This document shows positions 19,318 to 28,602 of a stretch of DNA of 64,000 nt, piece after piece; positions within the stretch are counted from its first letter, which is position 1; each line of letters begins with the position of its first letter. A program made the position numbers and the translations under genes. The notes beneath the pieces were generated by a model. That model ran no database searches and was not told the origin of the DNA. It worked only from the letters and a program-made list of their open reading frames with translations. The DNA is from an uncultured bacterium (GTDB lineage Bacteria > Auribacterota > Erginobacteria > Erginobacterales > Erginobacteraceae): contig CAWGIE010000036.1 of assembly GCA_963822585.1 (NCBI GenBank), positions 128,001 to 192,000 on the forward strand. The letters are read 5' to 3'.

Positions 19318-20169
19318 TCATGCTGAGGCCAGTAATACCGTATCCCCCACCCGGCCGTTTACATGCCGGGCGACGACGTCGCATTTAATCTTAAAGAAGA
19401 AGAATATCCTCTTCTTCTCACCCCAGAGGGATTCGAAATTACCTTGCCCTTTACTGATGACCAGGTCGGAATTTTGATAGACCCCCGTAAAATCATCTGA
19501 ACATTCCCCCAAAAGTGTCCCGGGAGCATTCACGCCGTTTGTGATCACCCGGCAGATCCGATCCATGCCGACCTGTTCGGCGTCTTTGAAGATAACATCA
19601 TTGAGAACCGGCCCCCCACGAACGGCCGCCGTTATCACGACCGGGTAGTTTTCCTGAATCTCCTCGATCAGGAGTCGGTCGAAGACTATCTCCCCCGCGT
19701 TATCACAGAGGTAAAGCAACGTCTCAGACCGGTCGAGGGCGGTTAGAAAAACGTCATACTCGAATGCGCCGAACTCAGACCGCAGAACAACCTCAATTTC
19801 TTCCTGCAGATCGAAGGCGCGGGGAATACCGTAATCGATTATATTGCCGGCGATGGCCAGGCGCGCCGCCATCCGAAGGGGATCGGAAGCTTGCCTGATT
19901 CTCTTTTTCAATGCCGGGTATAATTCCAACGCATACCGATTCGACTTTTCGCGGATCTCACGGAAGGGATCACGACCGGCCCGTTTCATGATCGAGGCAT
20001 AAAGAGATCGGGCAATCTCGGGGGGCGTACTCTCTATCGAAAAATCAGAGAGCCGCATACCGAATTCCACCAGAAGAGCCCGCTGATCTTTCTCACTCAA
20101 GCCTGTCAGGCGAGCAGTTCGCAGCACCTGTTTAAAAAAACAGGGAATACAGTCAAGATATGTTCTCAT
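19318..20169 (-). CDS. ARMT1-like / DUF89 damage-control phosphatase
   Basis: DCIPCF, AIAGNIIDYG, DNAGEIVFD, SKGQGNFESL, KIKC. Confidence 0.92.
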   Translation of the reverse strand: MRTYLDCIPCFFKQVLRTARLTGLSEKDQRALLVEFGMRLSDFSIESTPPEIARSLYASIMKRAGRDPFREIREKSNRYALELYPALKKRIRQASDPLRMAARLAIAGNIIDYGIPRAFDLQEEIEVVLRSEFGAFEYDVFLTALDRSETLLYLCDNAGEIVFDRLLIEEIQENYPVVITAAVRGGPVLNDVIFKDAEQVGMDRICRVITNGVNAPGTLLGECSDDFTGVYQNSDLVISKGQGNFESLWGEKKRIFFFFKIKCDVVARHVNGRVGDTVLLASA

Positions 20170-20170
20170 T

Positions 20171-20276
20171 ACAAGTTAGCGCCTCCGGCGCAACTTGTAG
20201 TGGAAAGTGTAATGTTTAAAGTGTAATGATACTTTCCACTTTATATTTCACACTACGTTATCGGAATTCCGAAGCA
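20171..20276 (+). repeat. Modular element, unit 3
   Basis: ACAAGTTAGCGCCTCCGGCGCAACTTGTAGTG ... GGAATTCCGAAGCA. Confidence 0.85.
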
Positions 20277-20469
20277 GAAAATAGCGGCTTCGCCGCTCAT
20301 TTAGTGAATTTCCGCTTTTAAACTTAACAGATTGATGATAGTCCACAAATTAGTTCATGTCCAACAGATCAATCCGCAACGGTAAGCTTTTAGCATTATA
20401 TAGAACAACAAAAATTGTTACTTTGGTTGCTTTAATTAGGCCTTTCGTTCGCGATTTGATACATCCCGG

Positions 20470-21300
20470 TCAAAAACGGTAAACACCGCCGGTCATCAAC
20501 GGCTGAAAATACCCTTTGAAGGCATCTCCCAGAACTTTTTCCGCCTTCTCTCCCGTGCAATGGCCGGCGAAGATCTTTTCCGTTCCCTCTTTCTTCAAAA
20601 GACGGACGACCCCGGCCAAGACGGAATGATCCGCCGAGCGCAGATGCAGTCCGCCGATCACCGACGCGACCTTTCTCCCCGACCACAAAGTATGAGCATG
20701 GAGCACGGTGTTGGTCAGCCCGGCGTGACAGCAGCCGGTGATCAGGATCATCTCTTCCCTGGTCATTATCGCCATAAACTGCTCCTCCCGGAAGGGGTCC
20801 GGAAGATATTTTCTTCCCTCCCGGACGGTGAGAAACGGTTCATCTCCTTCCCCCCGGGTGGAACGGGCCACTTCCCCGGATAGAAAAATCCCGGGGAAGA
20901 TCTCTCTCATACGGGAACTAAAATCTAAGATTCCCCCTTGTTTCTCCAGTGCCACCGCTGTGTCAGGAATCCCGATGTATCGGGGAGACTTCCCTTCCCG
21001 GACGCGGTACTGTTTCCGGCCGAATACTCCCGGATGAGTGAAGATCTTCTTCGGGCCGCTTATCCCGAGGATTGATTTCAAGCCTCCGGTGTGATCATAA
21101 TGCCCGTGGCTGAGGACGATGCCCTCTATATCCGTCAGATCGATCCCCAACCGGCGCGCGTTATCAGCCGCCGTCGGGCCCTGGCCGGTATCAAAGAGTA
21201 GTTTCCTGCCGTCTCTATCGAGAAACAGGGAAAGACCATGCTCCATCGCCAGGCCGGGAACGGCACTCCTCTCTTCCGCCAGTACCGTCACCTCAAGCAT
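20470..21300 (-). CDS. MBL-fold metallo-hydrolase (COG1237-like)
   Basis: EHGLSL, LFDTG, LSHGHYDHTGG, TGCCHAG, GGLHL, GHCTG. Confidence 0.92.
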   Translation of the reverse strand: MLEVTVLAEERSAVPGLAMEHGLSLFLDRDGRKLLFDTGQGPTAADNARRLGIDLTDIEGIVLSHGHYDHTGGLKSILGISGPKKIFTHPGVFGRKQYRVREGKSPRYIGIPDTAVALEKQGGILDFSSRMREIFPGIFLSGEVARSTRGEGDEPFLTVREGRKYLPDPFREEQFMAIMTREEMILITGCCHAGLTNTVLHAHTLWSGRKVASVIGGLHLRSADHSVLAGVVRLLKKEGTEKIFAGHCTGEKAEKVLGDAFKGYFQPLMTGGVYRF

Positions 21301-22042
21301 GGGGTTCAGCCTTCCCTCTTTGATCCCTGAAGGCCGTGCAGCGCCGCACCCCTTTCACCTGGCGATAAGAAGCTCCCTGACTGATATACCGGAGAGCCTC
21401 TTCCGGGTTATCGACCCGGGCACCGGAAATGGCGTCTACCCCGTATCGGAAGAGAACCGGAGAGAAGGGTGTCGATGGACCAAGCATCACGGTGTATGCC
21501 TGCGGACAGTATGAGAGGAGTCCCTCGGCGGTATGGTTGATAAAGGAACTGCCGGTAATGGCGACCACATCGGCCCGGGGGAGAATCTTTTTTGCTTCTC
21601 TCAATCCCTCTTCCCCTTCCCAGGGCGAGCGGCTGATGATCCAGAGTTTCTTAACCTCGGGACGGATCTTCTGCAAGAAAGGGAAGTCGCCGACCACGGC
21701 CACCTTCTTACCCCGGCCCTGCTCGAGCACAATCCGGGCGGCGTTGATCTCCCGGAAGTCGAACTTCGAGACATCGGTCAGTGAGTTGATGACGGCCATT
21801 CCCAGGGAAGCTTCCAGCAGACGGTCGGAGAGCGCGTAGCGGGCCAGCTCCCGGGCCTCCATCCCGATCAACTCTCCCGCTCTTCGGACCCAGGCCGGCG
21901 ACGATCCCGAACAGGGGTCGCGGAAGGAAGAGGAGAGACCCCACTCCCGGCTCTTGACGGCGATATCGAAGGCGCAGATATGGACTTCGTCAACCCGCGG
22001 CTCCCCCGAAAGTGTTTCGATAATCTCCTCTAATAACTTCAT
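21293..22042 (-). CDS. DUF364-family protein
   Basis: ASLGMAVINS, KVAVVGDFP, AITGSSFINHT, LGPSTP. Confidence 0.88.
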   Translation of the reverse strand: MKLLEEIIETLSGEPRVDEVHICAFDIAVKSREWGLSSSFRDPCSGSSPAWVRRAGELIGMEARELARYALSDRLLEASLGMAVINSLTDVSKFDFREINAARIVLEQGRGKKVAVVGDFPFLQKIRPEVKKLWIISRSPWEGEEGLREAKKILPRADVVAITGSSFINHTAEGLLSYCPQAYTVMLGPSTPFSPVLFRYGVDAISGARVDNPEEALRYISQGASYRQVKGVRRCTAFRDQRGKAEPHA

Positions 22043-22051
22043 GCCTTATTA

Positions 22052-22297
22052 CTATGACCGGGCCATTGCTGCCCCGCATTTCGGGCACTTGGTCTCGGTA
22101 CAGGGAACGCCGACCTGATGGGGAGCGATAGCGCCACACGCCGGGCAGACGCATCCTCCACCGGGGCCGGCACCCGGTCGGGTGCCACCCATTCTCCCCC
22201 TGCCCCCACCTCTTCCCATTCCCGCGCCGCCCATTCCTTTACCCGTTCCCGGTCCTCCCCCTCCTTTTGGTCCTGTTCCATCTCCAAACGGCATCAT
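22052..22297 (-). CDS. Small Gly-rich protein, DUF5320-like N-terminus plus Cys/His metal-binding C-domain
   Basis: MPFGDGTGP... and CVCPACG...PHQVGVPC....CPKCG; AGGAGG RBS. Confidence 0.8.
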   Translation of the reverse strand: MMPFGDGTGPKGGGGPGTGKGMGGAGMGRGGGRGRMGGTRPGAGPGGGCVCPACGAIAPHQVGVPCTETKCPKCGAAMARS

Positions 22298-22391
22298 TGC
22301 ACCTCCTATAATTTTTACTCCGTAAAAATTATATTGTTTTATACTCGATATCTAAAAAGCAAAAGGCTGCTCGAATAATATTTCGAAGAGG

Positions 22392-22543
22392 AAATTCTAA
22401 ATCCTAATATCGAAATTCTAAATAAATCATAAATCCAAATGAACAAAGGTTCCAAATAGCGCGGGCGGTGGCGTGTTCATTTTGGATTTATGATTTTGGT
22501 CATTTGATATTATTTAGGATTTAGTATTTAGATATTAGGATTT
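22392..22543. repeat. Head-to-head heptamer arrays (AAATNNN-type)
   Basis: AAATTCT AAATCCT AATATCG AAATTCT ... AGGATTT AGTATTT AGATATT AGGATTT. Confidence 0.8.
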
Positions 22544-22698
22544 TAGAGCTTACTAATGAGAACCCTAAGTAGTAGACGTTTATAATCTAAGCTATTTCTA
22601 TGTCCCATTGGCAAGATAAGTCTTGCAACGTTAATCGCAGTATAAAAATGTCTACTATTTAGGGTTCTGAGTAATAAAAGCTTTTCTAGTAAGCTCTA
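22544..22698. mobile_element. MITE-like element with nested terminal inverted repeats
   Basis: Outer 12-bp IR TAGAGCTTACTA; inner 23-bp IR AGAACCCTAAGTAGTAGACGTTT (2 mismatches), 22559-22668. Confidence 0.65.
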
Positions 22699-22699
22699 T

Positions 22700-23149
22700 C
22701 TATATGAGACTTTTTCTGTTCAACAACAGATAGTTGGCAACCGCGTTGTGGAGAGTACCCACCGCCAGAATAGAACAGTGAAGATGATCCTCCGGCAGCC
22801 CTCCCAGGTCGTCTATCAGCACTGCCGGGGAGATGGCCAGAACTTCCATCAGGGTCTTTCCCCGGGCCAATGCGGTAACGGCGCTCCCGACCGCGATCGT
22901 AGCTTCACAACCGTCGGTTTCAAAACCCGCATCCTTTACTCGGTCGTCTTTTATCTTCAGATAGATCTTCATCGTATCCCCGCAAATCCCCCGGATAATC
23001 CCGAATCCGTTCGGCTCCGGGATCACTCCCCTGTTGACCGGGTTCTCAAACAGCTCGATCACCCGGGGGGAGTATATCTTGCGGTACTGCTCCATGAGTG
23101 CGTCCCGCAGCTCGCGCTCGATGTCGTTCTTTTTTTTATCTTTATTCAT
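22700..23149 (-). CDS. IscU/NifU-like Fe-S scaffold protein
   Basis: YSPRVIELFENPVNRG, GICGD, DGC, HLHC; ATG at 23149 preferred. Confidence 0.88.
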   Translation of the reverse strand: MNKDKKKNDIERELRDALMEQYRKIYSPRVIELFENPVNRGVIPEPNGFGIIRGICGDTMKIYLKIKDDRVKDAGFETDGCEATIAVGSAVTALARGKTLMEVLAISPAVLIDDLGGLPEDHLHCSILAVGTLHNAVANYLLLNRKSLI

Positions 23150-23197
23150 GGCTCGACATGGATAAATATGGATTCGATTCTCGGTTAACCAATAATA

Positions 23198-23290
23198 AGG
23201 AGTAATGGAGTACTGGAGTGGTGGAAGACTGAGATCCCGGGTGACGGCCGGCGGCGCTTTTTTCATCATTCCATCACTCCATTATAACTC
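23198..23290. repeat. Head-to-head octamer arrays (GGAGTRNT-type)
   Basis: GGAGTAAT GGAGTACT GGAGTGGT ... ATCATTCC ATCACTCC. Confidence 0.75.
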
Positions 23291-23340
23291 ATTGATCATA
23301 ATTCCGGCATGAAAAGCCGCTCCACAGGGAAGATAGTCCT

Positions 23341-23721
23341 TCATTCCGCGTGATCGCACTCCTCCTTCTCTACCCCGTAACCTTTTCCGTCTCCCGGGTG
23401 GCAGAGTGACTCACCTCCCTCCAGTTTTCCGGCAGCCAATTTCGCGATCGTCTCCTCGATCGGGCCGGTGACGCCGGCAATGGCTCTAATACCCAGCTGC
23501 TGAAATAGTTCCTGAGCCCTCATTCCCATCCCTCCGGCGACGATCGCCTCGACCCCCATCTCATGAAAAAACTTCGGGAGAAACCCCGGGTGATGGCCGG
23601 GATTGGGGATAATACTCCTCTCTTTAACTTCGCAGTCCACAATATTCACCAGGGTGAATTCCGGGCATCGGCCAAAATGGGCGGAGACCCGTCCGCTATC
23701 AGTTGAGATAATAACTTTCAT
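23341..23721 (-). CDS. NifB/NifX-family Mo-Fe cluster-binding protein
   Basis: SAHFGRCPEF, GGMG.RA. Confidence 0.9.
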   Translation of the reverse strand: MKVIISTDSGRVSAHFGRCPEFTLVNIVDCEVKERSIIPNPGHHPGFLPKFFHEMGVEAIVAGGMGMRAQELFQQLGIRAIAGVTGPIEETIAKLAAGKLEGGESLCHPGDGKGYGVEKEECDHAE

Positions 23722-23853
23722 AATAAATAATCTCCTTATTAAATGAGCGCCTGCGGCGCTAATTTAGTTTTGAACAATGAACATCGTTTATACTTAATAG
23801 TCAGCGTTAGTTCAATGCCTGCTCATTCTTATTTCTTTCTCCGCCCCGAAGCA

Positions 23854-24714
23854 TTAATCGGGGGTAGAAGAAATAAGAGCAATAATATCGTTTAAAGCTC
23901 GCGCCGTCTTCGAGTCCGGGTACTCATCCACAAACGGCTTTCCCGTATCCCCGCTGATGACGAAACGAGGATCGACCGGGATCCGGCCTAAAAAGGGGAG
24001 GCCCAGTTCCCGGGCGGCGGCCTCGCCGCCGCCGCTTCCGAACAACTCAATCTCCCGGCCGCAATGAGGACAGCGGAAACCGCTCATATTTTCAATAATA
24101 CCGAGGATCGGAACCTTGATCTGCCGGGCAAAATCAACACACTTGCGGCCGTCAAGAAGAGCCACCTCCTGCGATGTGGTAACGATGATCGCCCCTTTGA
24201 GATCGGGGATCAGCTGGGCAACGCTCAAAGGTTCATCCCCGGTACCGGGGGGGAGATCGACCACCAGGTAATCAAGATCCCCCCATTGAAAATCACTTAG
24301 AAACTGCCTGATCATCTGCATCTTTAACGGTCCCCGCCAGATAACGGCCCGCCCGGGATCATCGATTAGAAAAGACATGCTCACCATCTTCAGGCGCGGA
24401 CGAATCGGGATCGGCTCAATCGCGCTCGTCCGGCCGGGGGAAAATCTTCTCCCTTCGCTCCCCAGCATGATGGCCACATTAGGTCCGTGAATATCCGCGT
24501 CGAGAAGCCCGACCGTGAACCCGTCCCGGGCCAATCCGGCCGCCAGATTGACGGCAACGGTGGTCTTGCCGACGCCGCCCTTGCCGCTGATTATCATGAT
24601 CGTATTTTTTATCCGGGCCAGACTCTTTTCAAGCCGCAGACGCTGTTCATACTGCTCCTGGTTCTCTCCCTGCTTCCGGTGCAATTCGTAACCTTTACCG
24701 TCCGTATTATTCAT
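23854..24714 (-). CDS. Mrp/NBP35-family ATP-binding Fe-S carrier
   Basis: [41 protein letters not shown]. Confidence 0.94.
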   Translation of the reverse strand: MNNTDGKGYELHRKQGENQEQYEQRLRLEKSLARIKNTIMIISGKGGVGKTTVAVNLAAGLARDGFTVGLLDADIHGPNVAIMLGSEGRRFSPGRTSAIEPIPIRPRLKMVSMSFLIDDPGRAVIWRGPLKMQMIRQFLSDFQWGDLDYLVVDLPPGTGDEPLSVAQLIPDLKGAIIVTTSQEVALLDGRKCVDFARQIKVPILGIIENMSGFRCPHCGREIELFGSGGGEAAARELGLPFLGRIPVDPRFVISGDTGKPFVDEYPDSKTARALNDIIALISSTPD

Positions 24715-25582
24715 AAAGCACCTCTCTCACCCGGTGATAGAGAGCCTCCAGAGTCCGCCGCAGGTCCTCCGTCGCCAGCTCCACGGCCGGTTTCTGTGCG
24801 ACGGTTGCCGCACGGAATACCTCATCATACGGAATCTTTCCCGCCACCGGGAGACCATTATCGGCGCTGAACCGTTCGACATCCCGGGCCAGACTCCGGT
24901 CGAGATCGTACCGGTTGATTACGATCATCGTCTTCATCCGAAAGAAATCCAGCAGCCGGCAGACCCTCTCCAGATCGGCCAGTGCGCCCAGACCGGGCTC
25001 CGTCACCACCAGAGCGAGATCGCAGCCGCTTACGCTGGCGATCACCCGGCAGCCGAGGCCGGGTGAACCGTCCAGGAGGAGAAGGGTACCGGGGTCGGCC
25101 ACCGCAATCTGCTCGCCTTTCATCCGCAGGGCGGTAACCAGTCCTCCGAAGCCGGGCTGCCCGGGGCGGAGACGGGCGTGAAAAAACCGGCCGTACGGGG
25201 TTTGCCTTTCAAAGATGGTGGCCGCCGGACGGTCCGTCATCGTTACCGCCCCCGTACCGCAGACCAGCGCGCAGACCCCGCAACCCACGCATTTCAGAGG
25301 GTCGACTTCACAGCCGGTGATGGCGCCGAAGGGACAGGACCGGTCACATGCCGCCGGCTCGGCAATCTTCGAACGATCGATGACCGCCAGTTTCGGGCCG
25401 GAAAAGGTCTCTTCCCCGACCACTCTTCCTCCCAAGAGAAGATGAAGGTTCGGCGCGTCCACGTCGCAATCAACCGTGACCGGCGATCGGCCGGCCAGGC
25501 GGGTCTCCAGCGCGGCAAAACAGCCGGTGATACTGGTCTTACCGGTCCCTCCTTTGCCGCTAATGACGACTACTTGCCTCAT
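24707..25582 (-). CDS. MinD-family P-loop ATPase with ferredoxin insert (COG1149)
   Basis: [39 protein letters not shown]. Confidence 0.9.
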   Translation of the reverse strand: MRQVVVISGKGGTGKTSITGCFAALETRLAGRSPVTVDCDVDAPNLHLLLGGRVVGEETFSGPKLAVIDRSKIAEPAACDRSCPFGAITGCEVDPLKCVGCGVCALVCGTGAVTMTDRPAATIFERQTPYGRFFHARLRPGQPGFGGLVTALRMKGEQIAVADPGTLLLLDGSPGLGCRVIASVSGCDLALVVTEPGLGALADLERVCRLLDFFRMKTMIVINRYDLDRSLARDVERFSADNGLPVAGKIPYDEVFRAATVAQKPAVELATEDLRRTLEALYHRVREVLYE

Positions 25583-25869
25583 AAAATTTTTCCTTCAAAA
25601 AAATTTTAGTTTTGAATAATGCCCACAATCAAAAAGGTAGAAATATCAGAACAGGGCCAAGGCCTGCTTCGGGATTTTCAGCCTGAGTCTGATGCGCCTC
25701 CGGCGCACAATAATCTAATTTTTCCTCTGGAAAAATAAGAGTGGAAAAGCAATTAATCAACCTTGCCGAAATATTTTAAAAAGTAAATTCGTGTAATTCG
25801 CGAAATTCGTAGTTTTTTTAGTCGCCCGAGCCCCGGTAAACCGGGGTAGACTGCGCGAGGGCTAAGTTC

Positions 25870-25983
25870 CTGTTTCTGAATTTCAATAAAGCTGTGTAAA
25901 GTATCAGGTGTCAGGTGTAAAGATCCATTACACTTTACACTTTAAACTTTACACTACAAGTTGCGCCGGAGGCGCTAACTTGT
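25870..25983 (-). repeat. Modular element, unit 4 (reverse orientation)
   Basis: Minus strand ACAAGTTAGCGCCTCCGGCGCAACTTGTAGTGTAAAG ... GAAATTCAGAAACA; supplies final codons and TAG of upstream gene. Confidence 0.85.
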
Positions 25984-26808
25984 TTTTCTGATATCCTCCC
26001 AGAGCTCTCGCAACCTCGGTGTCCAGGATGGGGCATTTTCCTGGAGGGTCTGGCCCCGAGCGGCCGACCGGGCGATCCCGATCTCAAATGGAATCTCCAG
26101 AAGGAGGGGAATTTTTTCAGCGCCGCACCATTCGCTCACCCCGCGGTAGACGTCAGCCGACCTGTTGACGATCACCCCGATCGGGATATCCAGAAGCCGG
26201 GCCAACTCCACATTTCCCCTGAGGTCCTCAAGCCCGAACGGAGTCGGCTCGGTGACAAGCAGGCAGAAGTCGCTTCCCCGGAGCGCCTCCAGAGCGGGAC
26301 GGCCGTTCCCTGGGGGACAGTCGATGATGGTATCGGCGGAGGAAGAAAGACGTTCTTTTACGGCCCGGATCACCTCCACGGTCCTCTGCTCTCCCACCTT
26401 CAGCTCCCCCATCACGCATTCAATTCCGTCCCGGCCGCTCCCCACCCTGACGGTGCCGACTTGGTGAGCCGCCGGCCGTAGGGATTGCTGAGGGCAGAGA
26501 AGAAAACAGCCGCCGCAGGCCGTGCAGAGGGAGGGGAAAACCAGCATCTCGTCATTGACGACCGCCAGGGCCCCGTACCGGCAGAAGTCCGCGCCGGCCT
26601 GACATGCCTCCCCCTTCCATTTCCGCCAGGTCGGGATTTGGATATCGACCCGGTCGCTCCGCCGGGGGGTGAACTTCAGAAAAATATGGGCGTTCGGCTC
26701 CTCAACGTCACAATCCCCGAACCAGACCGGCGCGGCGGTCCGGGCCAGGCTGGTCGAGACCAGTGTCTTGCCCACGCCGCCCTTTCCGCCGGCAACCGCT
26801 ACTATCAC
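25975..26808 (-). CDS. MinD-family P-loop ATPase with ferredoxin insert (COG1149)
   Basis: [36 protein letters not shown]. Confidence 0.9.
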   Translation of the reverse strand: MIVAVAGGKGGVGKTLVSTSLARTAAPVWFGDCDVEEPNAHIFLKFTPRRSDRVDIQIPTWRKWKGEACQAGADFCRYGALAVVNDEMLVFPSLCTACGGCFLLCPQQSLRPAAHQVGTVRVGSGRDGIECVMGELKVGEQRTVEVIRAVKERLSSSADTIIDCPPGNGRPALEALRGSDFCLLVTEPTPFGLEDLRGNVELARLLDIPIGVIVNRSADVYRGVSEWCGAEKIPLLLEIPFEIGIARSAARGQTLQENAPSWTPRLRELWEDIRKTS

Positions 26809-27179
26809 CGGCCGCCTCCCATGCCGTGATGGGCGCCGACCGTGGCGGAGGGGGATTCGCTCAATTTTCCGGCTTTTAACGCTTCCGCCGCCTGCCGGAC
26901 GGTCCCCGATGCTCCCGTATAGACTTTCACCCCCGCGGCGCCGAGGACCCGGGCCGCGTTGGGTCCGATATTCCCGGTCACGACCGCCGCGACACCGAGC
27001 GAGGAGACAAACTGTCCCGCCTGGATTCCGGCGCCCCCCATCGCGGCGCGTGATTCATTCGAATGAGCGGTGATCTCCATCGACTCCGTGTCGACAACAA
27101 CAAAATAGGCGCAGCGGCCGAAACGGGGATCCGAAGCCGATGACAACTCGGGACCCGTGGACGTAATCACTATCTTCAT
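26805..27179 (-). CDS. NifB/NifX-family protein (Orange-protein-like)
   Basis: DPRFGRCAYF, GGAGIQAGQ, TGNIGPNA. Confidence 0.92.
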   Translation of the reverse strand: MKIVITSTGPELSSASDPRFGRCAYFVVVDTESMEITAHSNESRAAMGGAGIQAGQFVSSLGVAAVVTGNIGPNAARVLGAAGVKVYTGASGTVRQAAEALKAGKLSESPSATVGAHHGMGGGR

Positions 27180-27227
27180 AAATAATTACTCCTTTTTAGA
27201 AAATTATCTGTTTAAAAGAATAATTTT

Positions 27228-27323
27228 ACCACGAAGAACACGAAGGACACGAAGAAGAAATAAAGTAGTCACCCACTATATCTTTCTATAATTATCTTCG
27301 TGTCCCTCGTGTTCTTCGTGGTT
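27228..27323. repeat. Head-to-head nonamer arrays (CACGAAGRR-type)
   Basis: ACCACGAAGAACACGAAGGACACGAAG ... CTTCGTGTCCCTCGTGTTCTTCGTGGT. Confidence 0.85.
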
Positions 27324-27340
27324 TTCATGGCCTTGAGGCG

Positions 27341-27715
27341 TTAGGATTCGTCCGCACCGGATTTACCGGTCTTCCCGATCTCCTCCATCCGCTGCCGGAT
27401 AGCCTCCAGTTCTTCCTGCAGTTCCCGAGCCTGCTGCTCCAGGAAGCCGCGCTCAACCGCCGGATCGGGCGGATTCGCGGTTCCGGGGGAGAACTGATAA
27501 TACGGCCCCGGGGCGAATGTTCTCCAGCCGAAGCCGCGGCCGCCGCCCCAGGCTCGTCCCCGACCGCCGCCCCGGGGATACCCTCCCCGTCCGACGCCGT
27601 AATAGGCGCCGCGGTTAAACATCATTCCGGGTCCGGACCCGGGAGAGCAATAGCCAAAGCCTCCCCCGGTACGCGGCCCCATACCCATCGGACCAGTTCC
27701 ATTAAAACCTGGCAT
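27341..27715 (-). CDS. DUF5320-family protein
   Basis: MPGFNGTGPMGMGPRTGGGFGYC, RG-rich middle, C-terminal coiled coil; AGGAGGT RBS before ATG 27715. Confidence 0.88.
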   Translation of the reverse strand: MPGFNGTGPMGMGPRTGGGFGYCSPGSGPGMMFNRGAYYGVGRGGYPRGGGRGRAWGGGRGFGWRTFAPGPYYQFSPGTANPPDPAVERGFLEQQARELQEELEAIRQRMEEIGKTGKSGADES

Positions 27716-27829
27716 GTTATACCTCCTTCCCATTATTCTCCTGCGGAGAATAATGGATTAAAATTTGCATGGCATTGATAACGCGCATCTATTGTTGTCT
27801 CATCCTGAAAAAGCCCCTCGACTGCTTCA

Positions 27830-28213
27830 TCAAATCCCACCCCGGCGGGCACCTCCTCTTCCGCCGTGAGCACGGCAACGGCCCCCACCAAACCCGCGCA
27901 CGGGCCCCAATCGACGATCCGGAGAGAGCTGATAACTGCCCCCCTCGATCATGATCGCGCGGCCATAAACCAGGGCCCCGGCTGTCTTCCCGTGGGCTGA
28001 GTTTAAAATACGCCCGAAGGTGGCGCGGGAGACATTCATCCGGGCGGCGGCCTGTTCCTGATCGAGTCCTTCGACGTCGTAGAGCCGCATCGCTTCATAC
28101 TCGTCCACCCCGAGCCGCGTTACCTCCAGGGCCGCCAGGGGAATCCCCCGCGGCTTGAAGTAATCAGCCCCCGGCATTGAGTCAATGAATCGGCACTTCG
28201 GCGGTCGAGGCAT
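27830..28213 (-). CDS. DUF134 (UPF0251) predicted DNA-binding protein
   Basis: MPRPPKCR, FKPRGIP, EAMRL.D.EGLDQEQAA..MNVSR.TF. Confidence 0.93.
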   Translation of the reverse strand: MPRPPKCRFIDSMPGADYFKPRGIPLAALEVTRLGVDEYEAMRLYDVEGLDQEQAAARMNVSRATFGRILNSAHGKTAGALVYGRAIMIEGGSYQLSPDRRLGPVRGFGGGRCRAHGGRGGARRGGI

Positions 28214-28231
28214 GGTAATCTCCTTCTATTT

Positions 28232-28266
28232 ATTATGAGCATATGCTCATAATCATATTCTGTCAA
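28232..28266 (-). promoter_or_regulatory. Sigma70 promoter overlapped by perfect 22-bp palindromic operator
   Basis: TTGACA-17 bp-TATGCT on minus strand; ATTATGAGCAT|ATGCTCATAAT at 28232-28253. Confidence 0.88.
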
Positions 28267-28602
28267 CCCCTGAATGGAATTTTTTTCTTTTCAATGCGGT
28301 TGAAGAGGAAAAATAAGCGGAGAGATTCCCGGCTGTGCTGCCGCACAGGCGATACCTATTTTTCCGGAAAAAATCAGACCGGGACATGTACCGGGTCACG
28401 GCGGAGGGGAGAAACCGGGTGGTGACGGCGGAGTAACGATGATAAATTTCGAAACCCGAATGTCGAAACCCGAATGAATTCCGAATAACAAATGAGTAAA
28501 ATCCTCATTTCCCCCGTCTAAGTGGCGTGAAGGCCACGAAGTGATTTCGTAAAACATTGAGTCCACATTTTGTTTATTATTTCTACTATATCTTCGTGCT
28601 CT

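Noticed and set aside
22608..22628. Sigma54 promoter TTGGCAAGATAAGTCTTGC
   Set aside because: GG-to-GC spacing is wrong; it is an internal hairpin of the MITE-like element.
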